The notes under the pieces were generated by a model. The model was not told the origin of the DNA, ran no database searches, and saw only the letters and a program-made list of their open reading frames with translations. Positions 38,546 through 51,271 of a stretch of DNA of 64,000 nucleotides are shown here, piece after piece (positions within the stretch are counted from its first letter, which is position 1; each line of letters starts with the position of its first letter). Location of the stretch: the NCBI GenBank assembly GCA_052327205.1, contig CM126203.1, forward strand, positions 272,118,001 through 272,182,000. Reading direction: 5' to 3'. The position numbers were made by a program, and so were the translations under genes. The DNA is from Somniosus microcephalus (lineage: Eukaryota).

Positions 38546-41500
38546 TTATAAATTCAGTCTTTGGGGCAGCTTCCTGATCCTTTCTGGATAGCGCTTTTCC
38601 TGAGTGTCTTGCTCTTGGTGCGGAGGCCCCCTGTCGTCAGTTGGCTCATCAGCTTCCGATGCTACTGTTTCTGGGGTAGATGCTACCTGTATGTCGGGTT
38701 CATCACCAGGTACGCGACACATGGGGTTGACTCGTTCCTGTGACTCTAGGATCTGGTCGACATGGCGTCTCACAATGTTCTCCCCAACATCCACTGTGTA
38801 CATTAGTGGCCCCTGCCGTGTGCATATCGTTCCAGGTTGCCATTTCTCTGTTCGGTAGTCGCGGGCCAAGACTGGTTGCCCTACATTGAAGCTCCTTGTC
38901 GGCTTCTCATTGATGTGCTGGAATTGCTTATTTTCAACATCCCTTCGTACATTTGGTCTGAGCAAATCCAGACGAGATCTCAACCTTCGGTTAAAGAACA
39001 TCATGGCCGGGGTCTGGTTGGTGACTGCATCTGTCGCATTTCTGTAAGCTAACAGGAAATTGTCCACCTTGTGCTGTAGTGGAATGTCGTCATCGCACAT
39101 GGCCCGTACTGCTTTTTTAAAGGTTTGTACGAACCTCTCAGCCAATCCATTTGTGGCTGGATGATACGGGGCGGATGTGTAATGCCTTACCCCATTCCTT
39201 TTCATGAATCTTCAAAACTCTTCGGACACAAACTGTGGTCCGTTATCAGAGCAAATCTGCTCTGGCAAGCTGTTCCTGGCAAATATGGTCCGTAGGACTG
39301 CAATAGTTTTCTCCGTGGTGGTGGACGACATTTTGATCACCTCAGGCCATTTCGAGTGCGCATCCACGGCTATTAAAAACATTGAGTCCATGAATGGACA
39401 AGCAAAATCAATATGCACCCTTTGCCATGGAGATGAGGGCCACTCCCATGGGTGTAGAGGGGCATGTGGTGGTGCATTTTGGACCTTCTGGCATCCTGAG
39501 CAGCTCTTTGTCAGGTCCTCAATTTGCTGATCGATCCCCGGCCACCACACATAAGCCCTAGCAAGGCTTTTCATCTTCACCCCTCCCAGATGGCCTTCGT
39601 GAAGCTCATTGAGCACTCTCTCCCTTAACTTGGGTGGAATTACCACTCGGGATCCACACATCAAGGTCCCCTGGCATACTGACAGCTGTTCTCTTCTGGA
39701 TGAGAATGCTGGCAACAGTGAGTTGCCATGTGTTGGCCATCCCTTCACCGTCCAGTTTTTACCCGAGACAGTGTCAGGTCATTTCGGGTCTCCTCTATAT
39801 CAGCGTTAGTTACTGGCAAGCGTTCAATTATAGTCGAATAAAATATTTCGACAGGGTCCACTGCTGGTGCTTCCTCCGCAGTAGGCAGTGGCAGGCGCGA
39901 TAGCCCATCAGCGTTTCCATGCTGTTTCGTGCCCTTATACTCGATTTCATATTGGTTCGCCCCTAGAAAAAGGGACCATCTTTGTAGCCGTTGCGCAGTC
40001 ATCACCGGAACGCCCTTCTTTGGATTAAAGATGGAGACAAGTGGTTGGTGGTCAGTCAGCAAGGTGAACTTCTGCCCGTGCAGATAGTGGTTGAACTTTT
40101 TCACTCCCCACACTAGGCTGAGGGCCTCCCTGTCAATCTGGGCGTAGTTACGCTCGGCTGAGGTTAGTGACCGAGACGCAAAGGCTACCGGCCTCTCCGA
40201 GCTGCCCGGGAACTTGTGCGACAGCACCGCTCCAATGCCATAGGGTGATGCATCACACGCCAACCGAATTGGTAGTGCTGGGTTGAAATGAGCCAACACC
40301 TCTTTTGATGTGATCAATTCTTTGCACTTCTGGAAAGCTCGCTTACATTCGTCATTCCACTTCCATGGTACCCCCGTTTGCAGTAGGGTGTTCAGTGGGT
40401 GTAGTACTGTAGACAAATTCAGCAAGAACTTATGGTAGTAGTTCACCAGCCCGTGGAACGACCTCAGTTGTGACGCATTTTCCGGTGCTGGAGCCTTGAC
40501 TACTGCCTCAATCTTTTCAGGGGACTTATGTAACCCCTCTTCATGAATAATGTGGCCACAATACGAGATCTGCTTCTGGAAAAACTCGCATTTGTGGCGA
40601 TTTGCTCGGAGCCCATATTCCTTCAATCTAGTGAGCACCTGCTCCAGGTTGGCAAGGTGATCACTGTCACTTTTGCCCGTGACCAGGATGTTGTCCAAAT
40701 AACACTGGGTCCCTGGAATCCCTTGCAGGACTTGATCCATTGCCCTTTGCCAAATAGACGGAGCTGATGCTACCCCGAACACCAGCCGATTGTGTTGGTA
40801 GAGACCTTTATGAGTGTTGATCGTGAGGTACTGTTTCGAGGCTTCTTCTACCTCCATTTGCAGGTACGCCTGGGCCAGATCAATCTTAGTGAAGCGTTTC
40901 CCTCCAGATAGCGAGGCGAAAATATCTTCAATCCGTGGAAGCGGATATTGTACCGTGTGAAGGACTGGGTTCACTGTCACCTTAACGTCCCCACAGATGC
41001 GAACCTTCTTTGGTTCCCCAGGCGTATTACTCAACGACCTCTTCATTACAGGAATGATGGGTGTAGCCCACTCGCTCCAGTCCACTTTGGACAGTACTCC
41101 TGAACGTTCCAAACCTTCCAGCTCTGCTTCGACGGCTGGGCGGATTGCATAAGGTCTGGCCTTAAAAAAAACTTTGGGCTTGCATTTTCCTCTATTTTGA
41201 TCGTCGCTGTTATGCCTTTTAGTGTTCCGAGTCCCTCCTGGAACACTTCTTGTGCGTCAGTTAGCATTTTTGACAGTCGTCCAGGTGTGACGTCGTCATC
41301 GTTTTTGGCATCTACAGTCAGTGCTTGTATGGAATGCCAATCTAGCTGTATCTTCCAGATCCATTCACGTCCTAGTAGTGGTGGTCCTCCATCTGGCAAT
41401 ACATATAGGTCCATTTTTGGTGTTTCCTTGCCGTTATATATAACGTTCATCCTTATTTTTCCTTTGGGGTAGACTTTTTGCCCCGTGTACGTCTTCAAGA

Positions 41501-42476
41501 CACTCTCTGTATCTCTCAAGGGTATATGTGAGAATAGCCGCTTGTAGTCCCTTCGGTTTATGACTGTTAGGGCTGATCCTGTGTCCAATTCCATTTTCAC
41601 TTGGACTCCAGCTATCTTGAGCGTGACCCAGATAGTTTGGTGATCCTCCGTTTTGATCACCTTATGTAGTTTCAGACAACCCAGCTCCTTGCTTCCGGAG
41701 TCTGTATCACTCTTCTGTTCGTCTGAACTACTCTCCGTCACCTTATGTACCTTCTTGTACTTCTCCTGTGGAGATTTCTTGCTGCTGGTTTTCTTTCCCG
41801 ACCTGTAGACTCTTGCTATGTGTCCTACTTTTCCACACTGTCTGCACACTTTGTCCTTGAACCAGCAATCATTATGGTCGTGTGTTGTTCTGCCGCAGCG
41901 ATAGCACTTCACTGTTCCGTATGACATTTCATTTGTGCCATATTCTTGCGGTCTCCGTTGTATCTCTGCAGCGCCCCGTGCGGCTGCTTCGTGTGATACT
42001 GCCATGCTGAAAGCCTTGTCCAGCGTAAGATCCTTTTCTGATAGAAGCCGTTTCTGGGTTCCTTCACTTTGAAGCCCACACACAAACTTGTCCCTTAAAG
42101 TATCTGCTAGTCCCGTTCCAAACTGGCAGTGTTTTGATAGCTTGCGCAGTTCCGTTAAATACTCAGCATTACTTTCATCTTTATGCTGGTTCCTTTTGTG
42201 AAACTTAAATCTTTCTGCTATCAGCAGCGGTGTGGGGTTTAATTGGTCCTGTAGGATTGACACTATGTTTCCAAAATCCTTTTCCACTGGCTTCTCTGGG
42301 GTTACTAGGTTTCGCAGTAAGCCATACGTTTTTGCACCCATTGAATTCAACAATACCAGCGCTTTCCTCTCATCTGGCACTTCATTCGCCTTGCAGTACA
42401 CTTCTATGCGTTCAACATATGTCGTCCAATGTTCGACTTCATTGTCGAACGCTGTGATACTGCCACTCTTCGGCAT
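38546..42476 (-). pseudogene. gag-pol polyprotein, frameshifted
   Basis: Four consecutive ORFs (41046-42476, 39745-41112, 39212-39748, 38546-39205); RT catalytic motif reads YLDN instead of YLDD; integrase HIDFA, SDNGPQF, TNGLAER. Confidence 0.93.
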
Positions 42477-42694
42477 CCCTGGGTGTGGTTAGACTGGCTC
42501 AAAATGGCGTTTTCCCACGCTCTCCCTTCTCCGCTGTGGCTCAAAATGGCATTTCCCGCGCTCTCCCTTCTCCGCTGCGGCTGCTCGGCCCTTGAACACC
42601 GGCTGCGCTCTGCACGTTTCCCTTTCTTCCCCACTGACGCTGCTCGTCCCTTGAACACCGGCTGCGCTCTGCGCGTTTTCCTTCGCGCCTCTCT

Positions 42695-42965
42695 CCTCCC
42701 GTCGACGCCATTCGGTCCTGAACACTGGCTGCGCCCTGTGCGCTCTACCCTCTCTCTTCTCCCGTCGATGCTGTTCGGTCCTGAACACCGGCTGCGCCCT
42801 GTGCGCTCTACCCTCTCTCTTCTCCCGTCAACGCCACTCGGTCCTGAACACCGGCTGCGCCCTGTGCGCTCTACCCTCTCTCTTCTCCCGTCGACGCCAC
42901 TCGGTCCTGAACACCGGCTGCGCCCTGTGCGCTCTACCCTCTCTCTTCTCCCGTCGACGCTGCTC
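42695..42965. repeat. 60-bp tandem repeat (~4.5 units) in the Gypsy leader
   Basis: Unit ccgtcgacgccactcggtcctgaacaccggctgcgccctgtgcgctctaccctctctcttct repeats with a 60-nt period. Confidence 0.9.
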
Positions 42966-43233
42966 GGCCTTTCCTATGCCGTCGGTCGGCTCTAGCCGCC
43001 GCTGTCCGGGAAGGGTCTGCGCCGCACCTGTTGCCAGCCCATTTCGCTGGAGAACCAAGCCCAGCTCTCAACAGCCTCCCCTGCGATGCTCAAATCTCCG
43101 CTGGATAACTGGGCGGTTGCTCGTGGTCGACGCCTGTGCTTCTGGCCTCGACCACCTTCCACTGTTCTCCAGGAGCGAATCCCTGGGAGGTGATGCAGAG
43201 TTGCAGGTAGGTTCGAATCTGCCTCGTCGCCAA

Positions 43234-43447
43234 TGTTAGATCCGTGTATCTTGATGTTATGTGTCCTTCAATAACTAGACACGAGACTGCAGGGAACAAT
43301 CAACAGGTGTTTACTGGATGAGGGTTACTCTAAAACGAAACATACAGATGCCTACTCAGGGTTTATATACAGGTGTGGTCACTGCCGGTACTACAGTATA
43401 CAGGAGCTGTAAAAAGTAGTTCTCCCCTTAAAGGTACATACACTACA
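43234..43447 (-). repeat. 5' LTR (214 bp)
   Basis: TGTAGTG...TCTAACA on the minus strand, followed by the PBS. Confidence 0.95.
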
Positions 43448-43801
43448 GGTTGCGCCACCCATTAGCGCCTAAAGAGGTCTAGAAGTGGGGCGCTAGCCAA
43501 CTAGCGCCCGGGCGCAGCGAACCCTGCATCTCTTCCCAAATTGAGCGGACATTTAGCGCCGGTGCTAAACTGTAGCGCCTGCTCACTGGCGCACGCAGAT
43601 CATGATGTCATTTCAGTGTGCAATGCCCTTGGGGCGCCCCGGACTGGAAATTCAGTGGCGCCCCCCTCCGTTCCGCCTGTCGCTACCAACAACAGGTTAC
43701 CGTGAACGTTTCCCAGTCGCTGTCGGGCTGGGGGTGGGGGTGCTATTTAAAGGGGACTCTTCCTGGATTATTAGTGGTAGCCATTTTTGGACCACACCTT
43801 C

Positions 43802-43839
<38 letters not shown>

Positions 43840-43965
43840 GCTCAGGGACAAACGGAGAGCCATTCCTGCAGTGAGCCAGTGCTGGCTGAGGAACTTTAGC
43901 CTTCTGAACATAACTTTGCAGTTGGTAAGCTTCTCAACCGGCATAACTTTCAGTGCGCACTTACT

Positions 43966-45068
43966 ATGGGGGCTGCATTGGATGGGAACGTCGTCCTTCT
44001 CAATCACACTGACGGCACAGAGACGCAGGGATAGAGTGGCAGGCATGGCCAGACAGAGGAGGGCCAACAGACGTCGGCACACGAGACCTTATGCTGCCAG
44101 GGTTTTCCGCCAACAGTTTTCGTATATCAACATGTCGGAGGAGCAGTGTTTCCGAAGGCTGCGCTTCAGTAAGGAGGTGGTCACTGAGCTCTGCCACCTG
44201 CTTCAGCCAGATCTGCAGCCTCAACTAAGGTGCAGGACATCTCTGTCGGTGGCTGTGAAGATCACTGTGGCTCTAAACCTCTATGCCAGCGGCTCCTTTC
44301 AGGCCGCTGCTGGGGACATTGCCAACATCTCACAGTTCACGGTGCATTGCTGCATCCGTCAAGTGACTAATGCCCTCTTTAAAAGGAGACGGCAGTACAT
44401 CTCCTTCCCAATGACCCCGGACAAGCAGCGAGAGCGCGCCGAGGGCTTCGCAAGGATAGCGGGCTTCCACATGGTGCAGGGCGCCATTGACTGCACGCAT
44501 GTGGCTTTGTGGGCGCCTCTAGAGAATGCGCAACCGAAAGGGGTTCCATTCTTTGAATGTGCAGCTGGTCTGTGACCACCGACAGCTGATACTCGCTGTC
44601 AGTGCCCACTTTCCAGGCAGCAGCCACGACGCCTTCATCCTGCGCCAGACTTCTGTGGCAGACCTTTTCGAAGCCCCAGCTCACCCAGGAGGCTGGCTTC
44701 TCGGGGACAAGGGCTATCCTCTGCCCCGGCTGCTGACCCCGCTCCGTTCGCCCAGCACCCCTGCTGAAGAACGATACAACGAGAGCCATCAAGTGACTAG
44801 GAACATCGTGGAGCACACAATCGCCGTGCTGAAGCAACGGTTCCGCTGTCTGGACCATTCCGGAGGAGCCCTTCAGTACTCACCTGAGCGAGTCTCCCAC
44901 TTCGTGGTTGTGTGTTGCATGCTGCATAACCTGGCAATCCTCAGGACCCAGCCAATGCCACCAGACATTGAAGCACCAGCAGAGCAGGAGGAGGAGCAGC
45001 ACCAAGACGGGAGGGAGGCACAAACTGCAAGGGCCGTCCGTCAGAGGCTTCTAGCAAGTCGCTTCTAG
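43966..45068 (+). pseudogene. Harbinger/HARBI1-like DDE transposase, one frameshift near 44530
   Basis: [75 protein letters not shown]. Start position uncertain. Confidence 0.9.
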
Positions 45069-45374
45069 GCCCCTCTGAGGGAATGCTTTCTGCCATTCCA
45101 AGAACATTAATGGAACCATTCTGCTACCCCTAAGCCGGTCAAGGCAACAATTTGTGCAAAGAACAGACATGGACATTGTGAATAAATAAACTTCTTTATT
45201 TAACAAACTGTGTATCCTTCCCGCATGACAAAGCAATGGAAACAAACACCAAAACAAACAGACTGCCACATAACTGGCTCTCACACCCTGGAGACAATGT
45301 CCAAAACATAACCAACATTCAGACCAGCATCCTCGGCCTTGAATGAAAGAAATAACATAATTTAGCATCACCCC

Positions 45375-47241
45375 CTACTTTTTGCCCCTCGATGATGATC
45401 TGCTTCCCTTGCGGAATTGTCCCCTTCCCACCCTGCAGCTCCTCCGTAATGGGACCCCAGTGGCTGCAGCAAGGCTGGGGGAGACCTGCTGACTGTCCGA
45501 AACTGAGACCGCAGATGCCCTTGAGGTACGGCCTGGACCAGCTCTGGGCCTGGAGGGCCCGGCTGCTGACTGCTCCAACTCCGCATGGGCGGCAGCAGTC
45601 TGTCCTACAGGTGGTGGCAGCTGCAGTGGAGAAGTGCCAGTGGTGGCATCAGGAATGCTGTCATCCTGAGAGCGGACAGCAGCTCCCTGGTCGGCCGACA
45701 CACTGGCACTCTGACAGGGCAGCACCGCAGCATGCGCAGCAATCGGCTGGTGCACAGATTGCTGGCCTGCTGTGGCGCAGCGAGGGCCCCGGGGACTCCT
45801 GCCCGATCCAGCGAAGGTGGCAGCAGTCAGTGCTCGCGTGGCCTCAATCTGCGTCTGCATGAGACCAGCCATTGACTGCGTGGCAGCATTCAGCACTTGT
45901 GTGGCAGGTGCCAGTGCTTCGCCGAAGTCCTGGACAATCCTTGCCAGTGCTGCACCGAAGTCCTGCACACTCCTTGCCTGTGCTGCGCCGAAGTCTTGGA
46001 CACTCCTTGCCAGTGTCTCAATGGAATCGGGCATCCTTGCCACTGCAGCCATGAGCTCAAGTGTGCCTCAGCCCAGCCTGGGCGCTCATTTCTGCGAGGG
46101 CACGCACCTCTTCTGCGCTCTGTGCAGCAGCACTCGTGGCCCGACTCATCCTCCGGGGAGATGGCCCCCGAGCTTCCCTACCCCCCTCGCGTTGCTGCAG
46201 GCCGCTGGGTCCTGGAGCTGCATCCTCCTCGGACCATTCCCCCCCCGCTCCCCCCCAGGGAAGGCGTCTCCCCAGTCTGGACATGGGCTGGCTTGCTTGA
46301 GGGTGGCACGGATGGTCCGGCTTCCTCCTCCTCGTTGCCTCCAGAGTCACTCGCACTGGCAGCTTGAGGGCCCGCCTCCCGAGCTGGTGATGCAGCATCT
46401 GAAAGCAGGGAGGTTCAAGAGTGGCTTTAGCGAAAGGACAGGGTAGCAGCAAGGGATGCATGAGGGCTGCAATGCTCTGAGTTGGCTCGAGAGTGAAAAA
46501 GCATGCTGGTGTGAGGAACAAGTGGAAGGAGAGAGGTCAAAAAGGTGATGACCTTACCATTGCTGTCCACAATGGGGTCGGCATCTCCAGAGGCGACGGG
46601 TCCAATCATCCGGCTTGCCACAATCCGATGGACTCGCTCCTCCAGGTCTGTGAGGGTCTGCAAGTGAGGCCGGCCTCCTCCGGTTCGATGCTGTTGCCTT
46701 CTATTATGGGCCAACTTGGCCTGCAAGAGAAAGGATGGGGTGTGAGGAAACCTGCAGCCCTGATCTGGGATGACATGCCTCCCATGGTCCAGGAGCCCTT
46801 ACATTATGCTGCCCTGATCTGGGATGACGTGCCTCCCGTGGTCCAGGAGCCCTTACATTATGCACAGAGCTGAATGTGCGTGTGTGTTTCCAGAAAGGGC
46901 CATGGGTGCTGGATGACAGCTGGGCATTGGGGCTTTGCACACCCTCTGGCCATAAAGTGAGGTCCAGATGGAGGGATGAAGATGATTCTGAAAAAGGCAC
47001 TCACCCTGACGACCCGAGTGAGGTTGTTGAACTTCTTCCTGCATTGCACAGGAGTCCTGGGAACCATGCTGCTGGAGGTGACTCTGTTGGAAACCTCCCT
47101 CCAAGCTCTGCGATAGTCGCTGTGCTGAGGCCTCCTGCCATTCTCTGGGTAGAGTACAGATCGCCTGCACTCCACCGCGCCAACCAGAGCATCCAATGCC
47201 CCCTCGCTGAAGCGCTGCGCTCTCTCCCTGGCCCTCTCCAT
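45375..47241 (-). pseudogene. Harbinger Myb/SANT-like DNA-binding partner gene with 3 exons (47241-47005, 46720-46558, 46398-45375)
   Basis: MERARERAQRFSEGALDALV...AWREVS...RTPVQCRKKFNNL; canonical GTGAGT/TTGCAG and GTAAGG/TTTCAG introns; exon 2 AKLAHNRRQQHRTGGG; exon 3 has a frameshift or stop in the G-rich tract near 46180-46260. Confidence 0.85.
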
Positions 47242-47265
47242 GTTCAGGCAGTTATCGACGCCACA

Positions 47266-49862
47266 GGTAGTGGGAGTGGTATATAGACCCCCAAACAGTA
47301 ATGCGGTGGTTGGGGATGGCATTAAAAGAGAAATTAGAGATGCGTGCAATAAGGGCACAGCAGTTATCATGGGTGACTTTAATCTACATATAGATTGGGC
47401 TAACCAAATTAGTAACAATACTGTGGAGGAGGAATTCCTGGAGTGTATACGGGATGGATTTCCTGGACCAATATGTCGAGGAACCAACTAGAGATCAGGC
47501 CATCTTAGACTGGGTATTATGTAATGAGAAAGGATTAATTAGCAATCTTGTTGGGCGAGGCCCCTTGGGTTGGAGCGATCATAATATGATAGAATTCTTC
47601 ATTAAGATGGAGAGTGAAGTAGTTGACTCAGAGACTAGGGTCCTGAATTTAAATAAAGGAAACTATGATGGTATGAGGCGAGAGTTGGGTCGGATTGATT
47701 GGGGAATGTCACTCAAAGGGTTGATGGTGGATAGGCAATGGCAAACATTCAAAGATCGCATGAATGAACTACAGAATCTGTTCATCCCAGTTTGGCATAA
47801 AAATAAAACAAAAATGGTGACTCAACCATGGCTAACACGGGAAATTAGGGATAGCATAACATCCAAGGAGAGGACGTATAAATTGGCCAGAAAAAGCAGT
47901 AAACCTGAGGATTGGGAGCAGTTTAGGATTCAGCAAAGGAGGACAAAGGGATTAATTAAGAGGGGGAAAATAGAGTATGAGAGTAAGCTTGCAGGGAAGA
48001 TAAAAACTGACTGTAAAAGCTTTTATAGATATGTGAAGAGAGAAAGATTGGTGAAGTCAAGCGTAGGTCCCTTGCAGTCAGAAGCAGGGGAATTTATAAT
48101 GGGGAATAAAGAAATGGCAGACCAATTAAATGCATACTTTGGTTCTGTCTTCACAAAGGAGGACACAAATAACCTCCCAGAGATGTCAGGGAACATGGGG
48201 TCTAATGAGAGGAAGGAACTGAAAGAAATCAGTATTTGTAGGGAAATGGTGTTAGGGAAATTGACGGGATTGAAGGCTGATAAATCCCCAGGACCTGATA
48301 ATCTACATCCCAGGGTACTTAAGGAAGTGGCCCTAGAAATAGTAGATGCATTGCTGGTCATCTTCCAAAATTCGATAGACTCTGAAACAGTACCCATGGA
48401 TTGGAGGGTAGCTAATGTTACCCCACTATTCAAAAAAGGTTGTAGAGAGAAAACGGGGAATTATAGACCGGTAAGCCTGACATCGGTAGTGGGGAAAATG
48501 CTAGAGTCCATTATAAAAGATGTAATAGCAGAGCACTTGGAAAACAGTGACAGCATCGGACAAAGTCAACATGGATTTACAAAAGGTAAATCGTGCTTGA
48601 CTAATCTACTGGAATTTTTTGAGGATGTAACTGGTAAAATAGATACGGGAGAACCAGTGGATGTGGTGTATTTGGACTTTCAGAAGGCTTTCGATAAGGT
48701 CCCGCATAAGAGATTAGCGTGTAAAGTTAAGGCACATGGGATTGGGGGCAAGGTATTGACTTGGATAGAGAACTGGTTGGCAGACAGAAAGCAAAGAGTT
48801 GGAATAAACGGGTCTTTTTCCGAGTGGCAGGCAGTGACTAGTGGGGTACCAGAGGGATCGGTCCTGGGACCCCAGCTATTCACAATATATATAAATGATC
48901 TAGACAAGGGAATTGGATGTAATATCTCCAGGTTTGCAGACGACAAAAAGCTGGGTCGGAGTGTGTGTTGTAAGGAGGATGCCGAGAAACTCCAGTATGA
49001 TTTGGACAGGTTGGGTGATTGGGCAGAAGCATGGCAGATGCAATATAATGTGGATAAATGCGAGGTTATCCACTTTGGTGGCAAAAACAGGAAGGCAGAT
49101 TATTATCTGAATGGCAATAGATTGGGAGAAGGGGAAGTGCAACGAGACTTGGGTGTCCTTGTGCACCAGTCGCTGAAGGTAAGCATGCAGGTGCAGCAGG
49201 CGGTTAAGAAGGCAAATGGTATGTTGGCCTTCGTAGTGAGAGGATTCGAGTACAGGAACAAGGATGTCTTGCTGCAGTTGTATAGGGCCTTGGTGCGACC
49301 ACACCTGGAGTATTGTGTGCAGTTTTGGTTGCCTTATCTGAGGAAGGATGTTCTTGCCATGGAGGGAGTTCAGCGAAGATTCACCAGGCTGATCCCTGGG
49401 ATGGCAGGAATGACGTATGAGGAGAGATTGGGTCGATGAGACTTATACTCGCTGGAGTTTAGAAGAATGAGAGGGGATCTCATTGAAACTTATAAAATAC
49501 TAACAGGACTAGATAGACTGGATGCAGGAACGATGTTCCCGATGGCCGGGGAGTCCAGAACCAGGGGTCACAGTCTAAGGATAAGGGGTAAACCATTTAG
49601 GACTGATGAGGAATTTCTTCACCCAGAGAGCGGTGAACCTGTGGAATTCTCTACCACAGAAGGCAGTGGAGGCCAATTCATTAAATATATTCAAGAAGGA
49701 GTTAGATATATTTCTTAAGGCTAAAGGGATCAAGGGATATGGAGAGAAGGCAGGGACAGGGTACTGAATTTGGATGATCAGCCATGATCACATTGAATGG
49801 CGGAGCAGGCTCGAGGGGCCGAATGGCCTACTCCTGCTCCTATCTTCTATGTTTCTATGTTT
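47266..49862 (+). mobile_element. CR1 LINE (subfamily A), most of ORF2
   Basis: 661-aa ORF 47454-49439 with RT motifs; a few disablements; (TATGTTTC)n tail at about 49846-49863. Confidence 0.95.
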
Positions 49863-49863
49863 C

Positions 49864-50256
49864 ATTAGATCAAAGGAGGTTGAGGGGTGATTTGATGGAT
49901 GTGTACAAGATTATGAATGGTTTGGATAGGCTAGACGGAGAAAGGCTGTTCCCACTAGTTGGTGTACAAGGACTAGGGGGACACAGATTTAAGGTTTTGG
50001 GCAAGAGATACGGGGGATGTGAGGAAAACCTTTTTACGCAGCGAGTGGTGAGGATCTGGAATTGCTGCCTAAGTAAGTGATGGAAGCAGTGACAATTGAT
50101 GTTTTCAAGGGGAGACTGGATAGGCACTTGAGGGAATAAACCTGCTGGCCTACGGGGATAGAGCGGGGGAATGGGACTGACTGGATTGCTGTACAGAGAG
50201 CTGGCGTGGACTCGATGGGCCGAATGGCCTCCTTCTGTGCCGTTATGACTATGACT
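49864..50256 (+). mobile_element. CR1 LINE (subfamily B) 3' fragment
   Basis: QRRLRGDLMDVYKIMNGLDRLD...FTQRVVRIWN; (TATGAC)n tail. Confidence 0.85.
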
Positions 50257-51271
50257 CATAGTAAGACAATTACTGAGTGACGTGCTTAGAATGGTTACAC
50301 TTTTGTAATTAATTTTGAAGCAATTTTTCATCGGAGGGGTAAGAACTCTCAGTAATTGGACTGTGATGTGCTCGCCATACAATATGAAAAATATTGATGG
50401 AATTATAGCATATGTGATATAAAACTATTCTACCAGTTTTTTTCCTTCTAAAATACAGTTAATGTGGAAACGATTTAGGGAATTTAATCACAATATGGGC
50501 ACATGGTTACGTCTGAACTAACTGTCTCCTATCAAAATAAGCTTACTATATAGCCTGCTGGTCTTTATCAAAATATATGTGGTATGTTGATTTGAATTTT
50601 TGTGCTCATCAAGGTAAGGAACGGTACTGTCAGGAATCGAATACTTTTCTATTTTGACACCCATTATCAGTATTAAACATTCTCAGATTAGTTACAGCAC
50701 AGCCAAATGCAGAATAATCCTTTATTCAACTCCAAGAGGGTGCCTAAACCCAAGATCCCCATTCCCAAATGGATCAGAGTAGAATTTCTTTTCCCAAACC
50801 CAGCAGTTTCTCTGAGTATTAGTGGTGGTTTTTGTACTAAATTATGAGCAATGCTGTGGCTCCCGACTTTCCATCAGTTTGTACGAGGGAAAATTATGTT
50901 TGAACATCTGCAACAGCCTTTCCTTATCCCAACTCCAATCCATTTTCCATCTTACTGCCTACTCTAATCTTTAAAAAATAAATGGGTATTAAGTACATAG
51001 GTAAATGTTTGAGAGCCACACACAGACGATAAAGAGAGAGGCGATATAATGGAGAAGAAACTTACAGAAAGAATGAAATAGAACAATGAATTGGACAGAG
51101 TAACAGACACCACATGAAGGACAGCGTGTAATGACCATACAGAGAGAGAAAAGATAGAAGACAAAAACAGAAACTGCAATACAAACAATGAGAGTGAGAA
51201 AAGAGAGAGACAATTGGGGAAGATGTTTTTTTTGTCCATGATCAGTGCCACAGGCTATCAGCTATTATAAT

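Larger units (their letters stand above)
38242..43447 (-). mobile_element. Full-length Ty3/Gypsy LTR retrotransposon (Mag-like), inactivated
   Basis: TG..CA LTRs at both ends, 5-bp TSD GGTTG (38237-38241 and 43448-43452), PBS TGGCGACGAGG next to the 5' LTR, PPT AAAAAGGGGAGGA; order gag (two CCHC knuckles)-PR (LDTGS)-RT-RH (LACDAS)-IN. Confidence 0.97.
38220..47265. mobile_element. PIF/Harbinger transposon with convergent transposase (+) and Myb/SANT (-) genes; Gypsy inserted near its left end; right end missing
   Basis: Putative left terminus GGGGGAAAAATTTGG at 38220; body continues at 43448; both Harbinger genes present. Confidence 0.75.

Noticed and set aside
42429-42995. 188-aa repetitive ORF on the plus strand
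   Set aside because: Product of the 60-bp tandem repeat in the Gypsy leader, antisense to the element, with no domain signal.
43207-43232. tRNA gene (GGTTCGAATC...CCA)
   Set aside because: Only a 3' fragment with encoded CCA next to an LTR, so it is a primer-binding site. The tRNA-like heads near 6100-6184 and 17650-17722 belong to SINEs.
43787-45068. Domesticated HARBI1 host gene
   Set aside because: Frameshifted, paired with a transposon Myb gene, and a second decayed relative with TIRs lies nearby, so it is a transposon copy.
29136-50256. Inversion between the mirrored CR1-A/CR1-B pairs at about 29-32 kb and 47-50 kb
   Set aside because: The A/B junctions are at different positions and the B fragments overlap the same consensus region, so independent insertions explain the pattern.
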